DNA from: the human T2T-CHM13v2.0 reference genome, Homo sapiens
Strand: one strand, 5' to 3'
DNA length: 64,000 bases
Assembly: GCF_009914755.1 (NCBI RefSeq)
Contig: NC_060927.1
Shown: positions 30,203-43,944 of the stretch, one piece after another
Layout: every line of letters starts with the position of its first letter
How positions within the stretch are numbered: position 1 is the stretch's first letter
Position numbers and translations under genes: made by a program
Notes under the pieces: model-generated
Databases searched by the model: none
The model's input: the letters and a program-made list of their open reading frames with translations, nothing else
What the model was told of the DNA's origin: nothing

Positions 30203-30789
30203 AACCTTAGCCAGTCAATAAATGAGCACTCATGTAATACTCCTTTTCATTCATATAGAAAGGTAAATTATTATATAAAACAATTATTATACATTCTAGA
30301 AATTTAGGAAGTATATAATCTGTGTATTCAGGCCTGCTCCTGACATTTTTAGGGGCTGCCTCAAGTACAAATGAAGGACAATACACCTATCATGTGCCAA
30401 AATGTTTTAAAGTTATGAAAGCAAACTACTAAATAAAAAATATTATCTCTTTTTTTCCTTAAAAAATGTAAGCCTCAAAATTATCTGGAAGATGGGATTA
30501 AATTTAGAATTCTCAGTGGCAGTGTGGGTCTATCCAAACCCAGACACTTGTCTTTGGTTCCTGGCCCAGGGCTTTAGTTCACACCTCTTTCTACTCTCAG
30601 CTCAGTTCCACACTGTGAAGTACCATACACACATGCACACACTCACCTAGACACCCAGCTACCTTAAACAGTGCCTCTTGGCTACCTTTTGATGCCACAG
30701 TGGTACAACTTACCCTCAGGAGGCCAGGCCCTGGGATGATTACGTTTCAATTTAATGTAAGATCTTTGGGGCAAAGAATTCCCAGTCCT

Positions 30790-31115
30790 ATTCAGCTAAA
30801 ATATTCTTGGCTTGCAGCCATTAAATATTATGTTGGAAATTGAAAGGTATTTATGGTATATTAAATTTTAAAAGCAGGGTTTGAAGGTTTTAAGACATCT
30901 ATATGATTTATTTTTGTGAAAAATTTTATGCATGTATATAAGTGCATAGAAAAAAGTCTAAATCAGGTATACATCAAATTTATTATGGTTGCTATTATCT
31001 CCACATGGTGGGATCAGGTATATTTTTCTTTTTACTTATCTGCATTTTATATGTTTCCATTATGAATACACATTATGTTATTTTTAAAATAATAAAAGTT
31101 AAAAATCAAAAACAT
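30790..31115 (+). mobile_element. L1ME-type 3' end relic
   Basis: tgcagccattaaa...gcatagaaaaaagtct...tttttcttttt...aataataaaag. Confidence 0.55.
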
Positions 31116-31886
31116 AAAAATAGTAATGTACTTATACTGGGATAATTTCTACACTGCCTAAGTGAAACATGGTATTTGTTAAAACCTCAGCAATTTAGTA
31201 CTTCCTATCCAAGAATAGTAGAGGATTGATTAAGTATGCCAGAGAACTCGCTGGCTAGTGAGGAAAATGCATGAAGCTATTGAGACCCCATATTTACAGA
31301 CATGCGCTCATGAGGCTATGAATGTATACATTTATACTGAGTCATATAAAAATACTCAAAGTCTACAGTGCATATGTGTTCGTCCTGGTGCCCGGAATTC
31401 TGTGGACAGAGAAGTGCTCTGTTCTCTGCAGAGCCTGTCACTAACTCACTGTTTGAGTGTCAGCAGGCTGCTGCGGCCTCAAACAGTGGTGTCAAAGGAT
31501 AAAACTAGTTATCAGCAAGATGCTTGGAGGGTCTCAGAGAATAATCTTCTTTCTCTCTAATAGTATTGCACAAACATCGGATGTGCATGATATTATTTGT
31601 TAATATTCCACGTAATTTTAAGGATTGTGGGCGCGTGCAGACACACACACCCTACCCACATACATAGGCAAATTGAAAATGAGCCAGGATGCTTATATGC
31701 ATGGCATTTCAATAACCTCAGCTGTAGCTGAGTTTTTATCCACTGAGAGTAACCTCGTGCCTTGAGATGGAATCAGAATAGTCATGATATAAATTTTCAA
31801 CAAAATTAGTGAATAATAAATTGATCTAAATATTACCTCAAAGTATTCAAGCTATAAATTAGTTCGAAACTAAACTTCCCTGAACT

Positions 31887-31888
<2 letters not shown>

Positions 31889-31942
<54 letters not shown>

Positions 31943-31944
31943 TG

Positions 31945-31946
<2 letters not shown>
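31889..31946. repeat. (TG)25 microsatellite occupying an Alu tail
   Basis: Pure TG run at 31889-31938, then tttgtgtg. Confidence 0.98.
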
Positions 31947-32239
<293 letters not shown>

Positions 32240-33159
32240 TGAACTCATTTTTTAAAGTTAGTTTTAAATTATCATTTCTTGCCAGTTGTAATAAATGTTA
32301 CATATAAACAAGAATGTGACATGTCTATTTTCAAGAAATTCTATCTAGCCCGTAAATATTCACTCCAGAAGAAACATCTGAAAAAATATACAGCTCAGTG
32401 GAGATTGGACTGCTTATTTCCTCCATATCTTGAAAAATGTATCTGTTCAGAAATAAGAACATATTATACATTCAGGAGATTAAAGCAATGTTATCAATTT
32501 TGTTTCTCACAATGCTAAGTTAAATATGTAATTATCTTATAAGTTACACAAATAAGCAAATGAGAAATCAAAAAAAAGTCTATGGTGAAAGAGAATTAAA
32601 AACATTGAACATATTGCCATAACATGCCACATTCACACTCAAAATACTCTTTATTCATTATACTTAGTTGTCTAAGTAGTTCCCTACTGACTGTAACGAT
32701 GCATTCCAAAAGTTGGAGACTAGAACACATACAGTGGGATCCATATTAAATTTGGTAGTTGAGTTTATAAGATATGCCTTAGAAGCCTGTACCTAACCTA
32801 TGATAGAACTGGGCTAGCCTTGGAACCTCGGCACTGTTTATAACATTGTTACTAAGGAGAAATACATTTCAAAACACAGCTCAGAAAGTCACTTAACACC
32901 CTCCCTCCACACTTTCATTCCATTTGGTTCACAAGAGGAAGGGAACACATGGCTGAGGAATGCTCTTGCACTCCAGAGGTGAGCTGGCCTGTCTCTCTCT
33001 GTTTGCTTTTTCTTTTTCTTTTCAATTAACTGTATTTTGTTTTTCTGAAATACATGCTTGTTGTTTTAAAAATTAGCCTTCTCTTGTCTTATTTTTCAAA
33101 ATTTTCCTAGCCTCACCTCTTTTTGTTTTGTTTTTTTCTTTTAGATGAACGAACTTTCT

Positions 33160-33625
33160 ATTCATCTTATTGATTTTCTAAATATATCTTGTTGGGATTG
33201 TAATTGAGATTGCATTTGATTTCTAAAATATTTCAGGAAGAAATAATAATTATATAATACTGAGTCTTCCTGTAAGATCTCAGCATACATCTTTCCCTTT
33301 TTTTCAAAGTTTTTTAATGCCCCTCAGAAGAATTTCTGATGTTTATTCTTCTAGAAACTGTACATTCTTTATTAAATGTATTTCCAGGTATTCTAAGGCT
33401 TTGTTGCTGTTATTGTTTCATTGCTACTATGATGGGGAAATCTTCACCATCACATTTGCTAACTAATTATTTTTGCGAGAGAAGATAATTTTTGTATAAC
33501 TATTTAATCTAGTCCCATTGCTGAAATTGTGTATTGCTTATATTAATTTTACATGAATTACTTTAGATTTTTCTACATATGTAATTATATCTTCTGTAAC
33601 TAGTGATCATTTCATTTTCTCTTAT
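33160..33625 (-). mobile_element. Old L1 ORF2 fragment
   Basis: ttgggattgtaattgagattgcatttga...tataatactgagtcttcc...gtaattatatcttctg. Confidence 0.7.
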
Positions 33626-33674
33626 GTACAAAGACATTTGTAATTCAAAAAGTGCCTTAATGAATTTATAGAAT

Positions 33675-33908
33675 TTGTATGTTGGAGCTGGCTCAGGCTC
33701 ATACTGTTCACAAGAGCTGATTGTTACATTTTCAGGATTTTTGCAAGCTGGCTGACAGACATCAAGTTGGTAGCTTGAAATCGGTAATGGGTGGGAGTAT
33801 TCACATTATGGTAATAAGCAGTGGTTACAAATCAGAGCTCCTCCTGCTACCCCCACCCCACTGTGGCACCCCAAGTTGGTTGTCAACCATTTACCAGCTC
33901 ATCACTGA
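33675..33908. mobile_element. MER63A-like hAT-Blackjack element
   Basis: gttggtagcttgaaatcgg...gtgggagtatt...catttaccagctcatcactg. Confidence 0.75.
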
Positions 33909-33951
33909 ATTTAATCCATAGCTATTATATCCTAGATTAAAAACAAAACCG

Positions 33952-34243
33952 GGCTGGGTGCAGTGGTTCACACCTGTAATCCTAGCACTTTGGGAGGCTG
34001 AGGCTGGCGGATCACTTGAGGTCAGGAGTTTGAGACCAGCCTAGCCAGCATGGTGAAACCCCATCTCTACTAAAAATACAAAAATTAGCTGGGTGTGGTG
34101 GCACACACCTGTAATCCCAGCAACTTGGGAGGCTGAGGCATGAGAATTGCACAGGTTGCAGTGAGCCTAGATCACGCCACTGCACTACAGCCTAGGTGAC
34201 AGAGCAAGACTGTCTCAAAAAAACAAAACAACAACAACAAAAA
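33952..34243 (+). mobile_element. Alu (AluSx/Sz-like) with a ~17-nt right-arm deletion
   Basis: gagaattgc joined to acaggttgcag, lacking ttgaacccgggagg. Confidence 0.95.
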
Positions 34244-34431
34244 AGCCCTTGTTTTTAAAAGCTTCTAGAGGTGAATACCCAGATGATAATTAAAATTCAA
34301 TCCAGTGCGTTACAATCTTATCAACGTATTCTTCCTTACTTCTAAGAGCATGAGAGAGATGGTATTGCACAGTGGCTAAAACTCTGGCTTTGGACCTGAA
34401 CTTGAATCTGAATTTCATGAATTTTAGCTGG

Positions 34432-35115
34432 TGAGGAAATGCAAATCAAAACCACAATGAGATACCACATCACACTCACTAGGATACCTTAAATAATGTT
34501 AACAAGAATGTAGAGAAATGGGAACCCTCATACATTGCTGATAGGTTGTAAAATGATGCAGCCACTTTGGAAAACAGTTTGGCGGTTCTCAAAATGTTAA
34601 ACATAGAGTTACCACATGATCTAGCATTTCTTCTCCTAGAAATAAACCCAAGAGATCTGAAAACATATGTCTACATGGAAACTTGTACATAAATATTCAT
34701 AGCAGCATTATTTATAATAGCCAAAAAGTGGAGACAACTCAAATGTTCATCAACTGAAGAGTGAACAAAATGAGGTTATTCATACAATGGAATATTACTC
34801 AGCAACAAAGAGAAACAAAGTACTGATATACAATATAACATGAATGAATCTTGAAAACATTACTGAAATGTCCAGAATAGGCAAATCCATACAGAAAGAA
34901 AGTAGATTTGTGGTTACCAGGAACTGGCAGAGGTGAGGGGGAATGAAAGGTAGAAGCTAATGTGTACAGGATTTCTTTGGGGGTGATGAAGTTGTTCTAA
35001 AATTAGATAGTGGTAATTTACAAGTACATGAATATGCTAAAACCCACTGAATTTTATATTTTAAAAGGGTGAATGTTATGGTATGTGAATTATATATCAA
35101 TAAAGCTGTTATTAA
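34432..35115 (+). mobile_element. L1MB-type 3' fragment inserted in a MIR
   Basis: ggaaatgcaaatcaaaaccacaatgagataccac to tatatcaataaagctgtt; MIR pieces at 34362-34430 and from 35128. Confidence 0.9.
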
Positions 35116-35282
35116 ATATATATATGTTGGGTGACCTAGAACAGATTATCTAATATCTCTAAGTATTGCTTTTTTAAATCTCTGTAGGGTTCTGTGAGGC
35201 TTTATCAATATATATGAGTTTAATAAATGATAATATATAATCACTATTTTATAAAAATATAAAAATATGTAAAATATATTTA

Positions 35283-35666
<384 letters not shown>

Positions 35667-36444
35667 TTAAATTCTTTATGCTACAGCAAACTTCCTTTTT
35701 TATGTCTTTTTTACAGTGTATAATATTCTCCTCTACATAATTTATTCATCTTATACTTGAAAATCATAATTATTAAGCTAACTCTCAATTCACCTGTCTT
35801 TATGTTGAGTAAACCCAGATTTACGACACTTACCTGACTGGTAACTTTACATTTACCTGCTTGCCTTGATTAATGTGTGTCTTGCACTAAACCATGCATG
35901 GCCTATGCCTGTTTCTGTTCAACCCTGAGTCACCAGTGCTAGCCCATAGCCAGACACAGTTAGAGCTCAAGAAATAGTTGTTTAATGAATGAATAAATAG
36001 ATATATCTGCTTATGAGTGGCCTTCCTGTAAAAGGTGGTTCTCATTGAGAGACGGGGTGTGGACAGAAGGCAGGTTGTCATACAGGATACAGGTTGTCAT
36101 ATCTGAATCACCTGCAGTGATTTTTAAAAGTTAGCTGACACCTTCTCCCCAGGGCATACCATACCAGAGCTTACAAGGTGCTACCCCAGGGGCAGCAAGG
36201 CCCACCTCACCCAAAATACACCTCAAATAACTAGTCAGTGGTGATGAAAATTTCTTTAATAGGACCCAAAACCTTTCATTCATAATCAGAGATCAAGGTT
36301 AAGGTACAAATACCTTCAGCCAGTGTGATATGATAGAAACACCCCTGATTGAACCAGAAGTCAACAAAGCAGGACTTTAGACCTGCCTTGGCTTTGGAAA
36401 TGGGTAGATGACAGGAAGGGAAGGGGGATAAGTACACAAATACA

Positions 36445-36514
36445 CAGGCTGCTGAGAATCCAAAGGTGTAGAAAAGCAGCAGGCTGCTGAGAATCCAAAG
36501 GTGTAGAGAAGCAG
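36445..36514. repeat. 35-bp tandem duplication (2 copies, 1 mismatch)
   Basis: caggctgctgagaatccaaaggtgtaga(a/g)aagcag x2. Confidence 0.95.
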
Positions 36515-36866
36515 AGCAAGGGGCAAGCACAAACAAGATAAGGTACTTAAGGCTTCATCTTCATAATTTTGCTAGCATCAAGCCTACCCTCTCTTGGGCC
36601 CAACTGCTTTCTGCTGTCAAGGTGAAAAACTTATCAGTCATACTCCCCAGGTTTAGGAACTGCCTTGGCAACCAGGTTCAGACTACTGACCCACCCAGTG
36701 ATATTTAAAAAATATAAGCCAGGAGATAGTTTATTGTGTGCTACCCTAATTCTTATGTCCCAACACGTGTTAGTTGTTTTTAAACAGAACCTTAATTGCT
36801 AGTTCATGGTCACCTTTTGATCCAGTCTGATTTTCAAGATCCTATGCTGTATTTATACTCTACTTT

Positions 36867-36999
36867 CTCTTTTCCTGTCTGTGGAGAACAGGATCTTGCT
36901 CTGTTGCCCCGTCAGGTCTTGAACTCCTGAGCTCAAGCTATCCTCCTGCCTCTGCCTCCCTAAGTGCTGGGATTACAGGCATGAACCACTGTGCCTGTC
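36867..36999 (-). pseudogene. BC200-like (FLAM-C-derived) monomeric retrocopy
   Basis: Minus strand reads CACTTAGGGAGG, GGATAGCTTGAG, AGACCTG, GTTCTCCA...AGGAAAA; perfect TSD tatactctacttt at 36854-36866 and 37000-37012. Confidence 0.7.
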
Positions 37000-37014
37000 T
37001 ATACTCTACTTTGG

Positions 37015-38340
37015 ACCTTTTAAACTGTGATATATAACAAAGTGCATAGAATACAAATGCATGGTTCAATGAACTTTGCTTGTTAAGTTAACATCTGTGA
37101 AACTGATATACAGGTTACATTATATATTACACACATATATTAGAAGATGTATTATATAATATATAAGCATATATAATACATTATATATAAGCATATATAA
37201 TGCATTATATATAAGTATATATAATATATAAGTATATATTTTATATATAATATATATAAAATGTTACATTAATTTTATCACATGTAAGTTAAATTTCAAT
37301 AGGAATTTTTTTTGTTGTTGCTTTTGTTTTTGTTTTTGTTTCTGAAACAGAGTCTCTGTTGCCCAGGCTGGAGGGCAGTGGCTCAATCTCAGCTCACTGC
37401 AACATCCTCCTCCCAGGTTCCAGCGATTTTTGTACCTCATCTTCCTGGGTAGCTGGGATTACAGGTGTGTACCACCATGCCCAGTTAATTTTTGTATTTT
37501 TAGTAGAGACGGGCTTTCGCCATGTTGGCCAGGCTAGTCTTGAACTCCTGGGCTCAAGTGATCAACCCACGTCGGCTTCCCAAAGTGCTGGCATTACAGG
37601 AGTGAGCCACCATGCCTGGCCAATAGGAATGATTTTTAAAGGAAACAACAAAAAAAAGAAATGATATATTGTAAACACCTCCGAAAGCCCCCACCCATAG
37701 CCCCTTTCCAATCACAACCTGTATATAATCCTCCCTAAAGAAACCATTATTCTGACATTTATGGTATTCACTTTTCTTACTTTTCTTTATGTATTTACCT
37801 CCTAAGTAATCATCCCTAAAACAAATAGCTTAACTCTGCCTCCCTTTGAACTTCACATAAATAGATTCATACTATATATATTCCTTTGTGTGGGACCTTT
37901 TCCACTCAACATTGTTTTTAAGCCTCATCCACATTATTGCCTGTAGCTATATTTTGTTGATTTTCACTTAACGTACAGTATGCTAGTGAATGAATCTTCC
38001 ACAATTTTCTTACCGTTGAGGGATACTTGTTTCTGGTTTCAGGTTTTTATGAGTAATACTGCTATGAACATTGATGTACATATTTTTCGATGTACATGTG
38101 CACTTATTTCTGGTGTGTGCATATAAGGGTAGGATGTTGATAATCTATCTGGTGGTATGTGTAACTTCACCTTTACTAGGTAATGTAAAACTGTTTTCTG
38201 AAAACTGATTGTACCAATTTATGTTCTGACAGCAGTGTATGAGACACTTGGTACTATCAGATTTCAATTTTAGCTGATCTCATGAAAAGTAGAATCTCAT
38301 TATAATTTTAATATGCATTTTTAAATGCATAAAAAACATA
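37015..38340 (-). mobile_element. L1ME-type 3' region containing an AT-rich tract (37116-37262) and an Alu
   Basis: ttccactcaacattg, tgctatgaacatt, gattgtaccaatttat, cagcagtgtatgag. Confidence 0.8.
37307..37621 (-). mobile_element. Alu (AluJb/Sz-like)
   Basis: Antisense Alu; TSD aataggaat. Confidence 0.95.
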
Positions 38341-38436
38341 TCCATGGTTTTTTGGGGGGGTGGGGGTACACTTTCTTTCCTAGTATTAATTCTTCCTGAA
38401 CATGTCTCTGATGATTTCCTTCCTACCTGCCAGCAT

Positions 38437-38986
38437 GTATTCATTATCTATTTCTACATGACAAATTATAGCAAAACTTAGTGGCTTAGCACAATAAACA
38501 TTATCTCACACCCCCATGTGTGTAGGTCAGGAATCGGGCAGTGCCTTAGCTGGTTGGTTCTGGCTCAGGGTCTCTCATGAGGTTGCAGTTAAGATGTCTT
38601 CCAGGGCTGCATTCACCTGAAGGCTTATCTGGGGCCCAGGGATTCTCTTCTAAGGTAGCTCATGTACGTGTCTTGCAAATTATGGCTGATTGTTGGCAGG
38701 AGGACTCAATTTCTGTTCACATGGGAATCTCATAGGGCTACTCGAGCGTCTTCATGACATGGCAGCTGACTTCTCCCTAAATGAGTCATCCAAGAGAAAG
38801 ATCAAAAAGTAAACCACAATGCCTCTTATGATCTGGCCTTAGAAGCCACTTCAGCCATATACTGTTCACTAGAAAAGAGGTGCCAACTACTGTACAGCTC
38901 ACACACAAGGAAAGGGGAATTAGGCTCCATTTTTTTTAAAAGACAGAATACCAAAGAATTTATGAATATGTTTCAAAACCACCAGA
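38437..38986 (-). mobile_element. MLT1 (F/G/H-like) MaLR LTR
   Basis: aaacttagtggcttag...ggctcagggtctctcatgaggttgcag...ggggaattaggctcc...aaaccacca. Confidence 0.85.
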
Positions 38987-38999
38987 CAAAAAATTCAAA

Positions 39000-40070
39000 A
39001 TCTCCTGATTTTCATCATTTGGCAAGCACTAAAATAATTATTAATTCAAGCATTAATAAAGTAATTTTAATCCAATAATTTTTAAATTAGTGGGTGAAAG
39101 TTTTGATGAGAAACAGGAAATGTGCATAGTCTCAAAGTATCTTCTCAAAAAATATGTATTAGTTGCAAAAGGAATCACAATAACTTTATAGTGTAAAACT
39201 TTATAGTGTAAAACCTGGGCAAAAAAATTTTGACCAAGTTATCAAAATTAACATTACCAGTAATGAGACATAACAATACCATATGATTTTCAATACAATG
39301 GACTGAGAACACATAACATCATTTCTATGGTATTCATGCCAAAAATGCATAACTAAATTTAATCATGAGGAATATTAGATAAACTAAACCCAGGTTGATG
39401 AACATTCTACAAAATAACTGGATAGTAGTCTTCATTAGCGTGAAGGTCATGAAAAACAAAGAAGAGTTGAGATATTGATTAAAGGAGACTAACAAGACAT
39501 GACAACTAAAAGCAAGGTATGATCCTGGACCAGAAAATGTACACTAATCAGACAACAAGGAACATCTGTATAAAGTCAGTTGATTAATTAAAAGCGTATC
39601 AATCTTAATGTCCTGATTTTATTTATTTATTTAGAGACAGAGTCTCACTTTGTCACCCAGGGTGGAGTGCAGTGGCCTGATGACGGCTCACAGCAAACTC
39701 GATCTCCCAGGCTCAAGTGATCCTCCCACCTCAACCCCCTCCTCCAGTAGCTGAGACTACAGGCACACACCACCATGCTCAACTAACTTTTTAATTTTTT
39801 GTAGAGATGGGGTCTTCCTATGTTGCTTGGGCTGATCTCTTAACTCCTGGCCTCAAGTGTTCCTCCCACTTTGGCCTCCTAACGTGCTGAGATTACAGGT
39901 GTGAGCCACCGGGCCCAGTCAATGTCTTGATTTTAAAAATTATACTGTGGTTATATAGCATGTTAACATTTGAGGAAGCTGGGTAAAGAGTATATAAGAA
40001 TTTCTTGCATTATTCCTGAAATTTTTTCATAAATCTGAAATCATTTCAAAGTGAAAACCAAAAAAAATTA
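39000..40070 (+). mobile_element. L1MC/ME 3' end region
   Basis: aatcatgagg, ggagactaacaagacatgacaactaaa, tgttaacatttgaggaagctgggtaaag, aaatctgaaatcatttcaaa. Confidence 0.8.
39621..39920 (-). mobile_element. AluJ
   Basis: ggctcaagtgatcctcccacc and tttttgtagagatggggtct; TSD aatgtc(c/t)tgatttt at 39607-39620 and 39921-39934. Confidence 0.95.
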
Positions 40071-40110
40071 TTATGTCTGAATATGTAATAATATATAATA
40101 AATATGTCTT

Positions 40111-40390
40111 GGCCGAGTGCAGTGGTTCCTGCCTGTAATCCGAGCACTTTGGGAGACCGAGGCAGGCAGATCACCTGAGGTCAGAGTTCAAGACCAGCCT
40201 GGCCAACATGGCAAAACCCATCTCTACTAAAAATGCAAAACTTAGCCAGGCATGGTGGCGCACACCTGTAATCCCAGCTACTTGGGAGGCTGAGGCATGA
40301 GAATTGCTGAACCCAGGAGGTGGAGGTTGTAGTGAGATTGCACCACTGCACTGCAGCCTGGATGACAGAGTGAGACTCTGTCTCAAAAAA
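40111..40390 (+). mobile_element. Alu (AluSx-like), short tail
   Basis: ggccgagtgcagtgg...tcacctgaggtcag...gtctcaaaaaa. Confidence 0.95.
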
Positions 40391-40489
40391 TATATATACA
40401 TGATCAGTGAAAAATATGAGTGATACAATCACATCAGAAGCTCACTAGTCTCTAACGTGGGTAGCTACTGTAAAGAACTACCGTAGTTT

Positions 40490-41650
40490 TCTATACGGCC
40501 TCCATCTTTCCTTGTCTCTAATTCTACCATGCCCTCCTTGTGATCCAACACCAGCTGTCTGTCTAAAACATATATCTGATTCTGTCAATCTCCTCATTAA
40601 AATCTGTCAATGGCTTCTCATATCTTAGGATAAATTGATCTTCCCTAGCAGGGAATCCTCATATGAATCCTTAGCCATAACTACATGGAATTGAACACAT
40701 TCCCTAAGGCACACCATGGGTCTCCCACCTCTGGGTCTTTGCATATTTTATTCTGTCTTTTTTGCCTGGAAAAGTCCTGATTTTTCTTAGAGACTAATCG
40801 CTAATGTCTATTTGTGAAGCTTTTCTGTACCCCTTCTCTCTCCAAATAGAGTGCGTTATTATATATCTGTTGTCTCCTACAGCACTTGTAGGGATTTCCC
40901 TCGCAGCGTTTGTTGTACTGTGTTGTAAGTAGGTACTTATACACCTGGGTCTTGTTTTGGTTTGTTTGGTTTTGATTTTTTTTTCCCTGAGTACTGTTAG
41001 GTTCTAGAAGGCAAATTCTTAAGCTATATTCATTCCCAGTACCTGGCACAGGAACAGACAAATGGTAGGTCTATTAGTTGTTTGTTGCTATGTTAACAAA
41101 ATACCCCAAATATTAGCAGCTTAAAGCAACCAACATTAACTGTGTCATACAGTTTCTGAGAGTCAGGAATCTAGGAGCAGCTTTGATGAGTGGGTTCTCA
41201 GGGTCTTTCACAAGGCTCAATTCAAGGTGCCAGCCAAGGCTGCATCATCCAAAGACTTGGCTGAGGCTGCTGAATCTGCTTCTAAGCTGGTTTACTCACA
41301 GAACTGTTGACAAAAAGCATTGGATTCTCTTTGGCTGTTGGCAGAGGCCCTCAGTTCCACATGGCCCTGTCTATAGGTCACTGAATGTCTTCATGAGATG
41401 GCAGCTGGCTTCCTCCAGAGGAAGTGATCCAAGAGAGAACAAGGCAGAAGCCACAGTTTCTCCAATCATCTATCTCAGAAGTGACATACCATCACTCTGC
41501 CGTATGCTATTGGACCCACAGAACACCACTGACAAATGTCCAAGGGCACTTACCCAGCATGCATACCAGGAAGGAGGGAGTCATCAGGGGCCATCTTGGA
41601 GGCTGACTACCACAGTCGGCACTCATTCAACATCTGAATGAGCGAATGAA
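40490..41650 (+). mobile_element. L2 3' portion interrupted by MLT1
   Basis: tcaatggcttctcat, tttgcctggaa, cccagtacctggcacag; terminal tgaatgagcgaatgaa. Confidence 0.7.
41070..41614 (-). mobile_element. MLT1 (F/G-like) MaLR LTR
   Basis: aacaaaataccccaaa...cagcttaaagcaac...ggggccatcttggaggctgactaccaca. Confidence 0.85.
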
Positions 41651-41747
41651 GCGATCTCCTCAGGACCACATCCCAAAGCACTTGTCAGTGAAGAACCAAA
41701 GTGAACTCATTTATCTTACAGAAGTCTTGGGTATAAAAATCCATCCC

Positions 41748-42050
<303 letters not shown>

Positions 42051-42752
42051 AAAAATCCATCCCCAGTCACTGATTAGGACCACAAACAGCACATGAGAGA
42101 AGTTCCCATACCTTATTTACTGACTCTCTGAATAGAAGGACCTTGCAATTTTTCAGCAATATAAACTCAGAGCAGGGAAGATGGGATGATTCACCCGAGG
42201 TCACTGAGAAGATCAGATGACCCAGGAGGTCATCTGATTAGGATCCAGGTCTTAATCAGGAGTAGACTCCCTGCCCATTGAGAGTTATTGGAGTGAATTT
42301 TAGAGGAGCACACCTTTTGGGGGCTGTTGAGTTGCTTATAATGCTGAGTCTACTTCTATCTTCATTAAAGGGAGATGCATGGGTCCAGGGAATGGCCAAC
42401 TCATAGCACATCAATATGTTAAGCTTTTCCCCTTTCTAATTTTAAGATGAGACACATTTCCACTACTTCCTATTCTCTGCTATAAAAGCAAACAAATAAC
42501 TGACCATCCCGTCATATTTTTATAAAATATTCTATATTACTTAATAGCTATTTACCCTCAAGGAGGATTCATGGCCTCATCCCTTATTCTTGTCTTTTTG
42601 TCTCACACTAGTTCCCTGTATGGGCTGTCCTTTCCTTAACTTCTAATATCAACCTCTTGTTGTTCTACCAGTTCTGTTAGTTCCAGCCAAGTCTCTCCTC
42701 CTTCAAGAAGATTCCCTGATCATTTGCTTCAGGGGATTTGCTTCCTTATTAG

Positions 42753-43105
<353 letters not shown>

Positions 43106-43944
43106 TGACTTCACTTTTTAAGTATTTAGGTACATGCTGGATGTGTCATACATATTTTTATTCTCTGTGTCCCCAGGAATAAATGAATACATTTGATTTC
43201 CTTTAATAGAATAAGAATTTAAATAAACCACAGAGGCTCTTTATACTTAAAAACTCTGGGGTAAATTTTCTTGCAATATTCAAACTGTTTTTCAGTCTTT
43301 GTTTGTTTTGCTTTTTATTGTGATTTCCGATTTTTAAAATTATTATATTTTTGAAGGCAGGATGCCCATACTGTGAAATTAACAGGTTACATATGTGCAG
43401 TATTGATACACTTCCCCTTTAACAAAATTTAATTCACTAATCACATGCATTTCTAAAGCCCTTTGAAAATGTGTGTCATGCTTATGGGTGGCCACATTCC
43501 AGAGGGCTGAATATGTGCTAGAAAAGGAGAGGAGGCTTGGGGGTGGGGAGAAAACCCTTACAAGGCAAGAGAACTGAGCATGTGCAAGACTCCTTACTAA
43601 ACGAAGGAGGGCAGAGGAGTGCCGTTTTGGAAATATCAAGGGGAATGAAAAGAGAAAGAGAATTGACGGGAGAGAGAGGAATCTGCCCACACTCAGGGGA
43701 TCATCCAGAATTCACAGATGAACAGGGTGCACTCAAGGAAGACTGCCCCTCCATCAGAGCACCACCCCTCAGTGACTGCTGACGTGTAAGACACTTCCAG
43801 CATCTTTTTACCAGGCCCCACCCTTGGGGATGCCCAGACCAAGATATCACTCTTTGCACTAAGTGACTCCTGAGATACCAGCCCTTTACCTGACTTACAT
43901 TCTGTCATCCTGCATCAGAATTGTTTCGAATTTTTAGAGGTATT

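Noticed and set aside
36445-36514. 35-bp direct repeats as a CRISPR-like array
   Set aside because: There are only two abutting copies with no spacer and no cas genes, in a human context.
37116-37262. AT-rich palindromic tract as a PATRR-like element
   Set aside because: It is short degenerate (TA)n low-complexity sequence without long matched arms.
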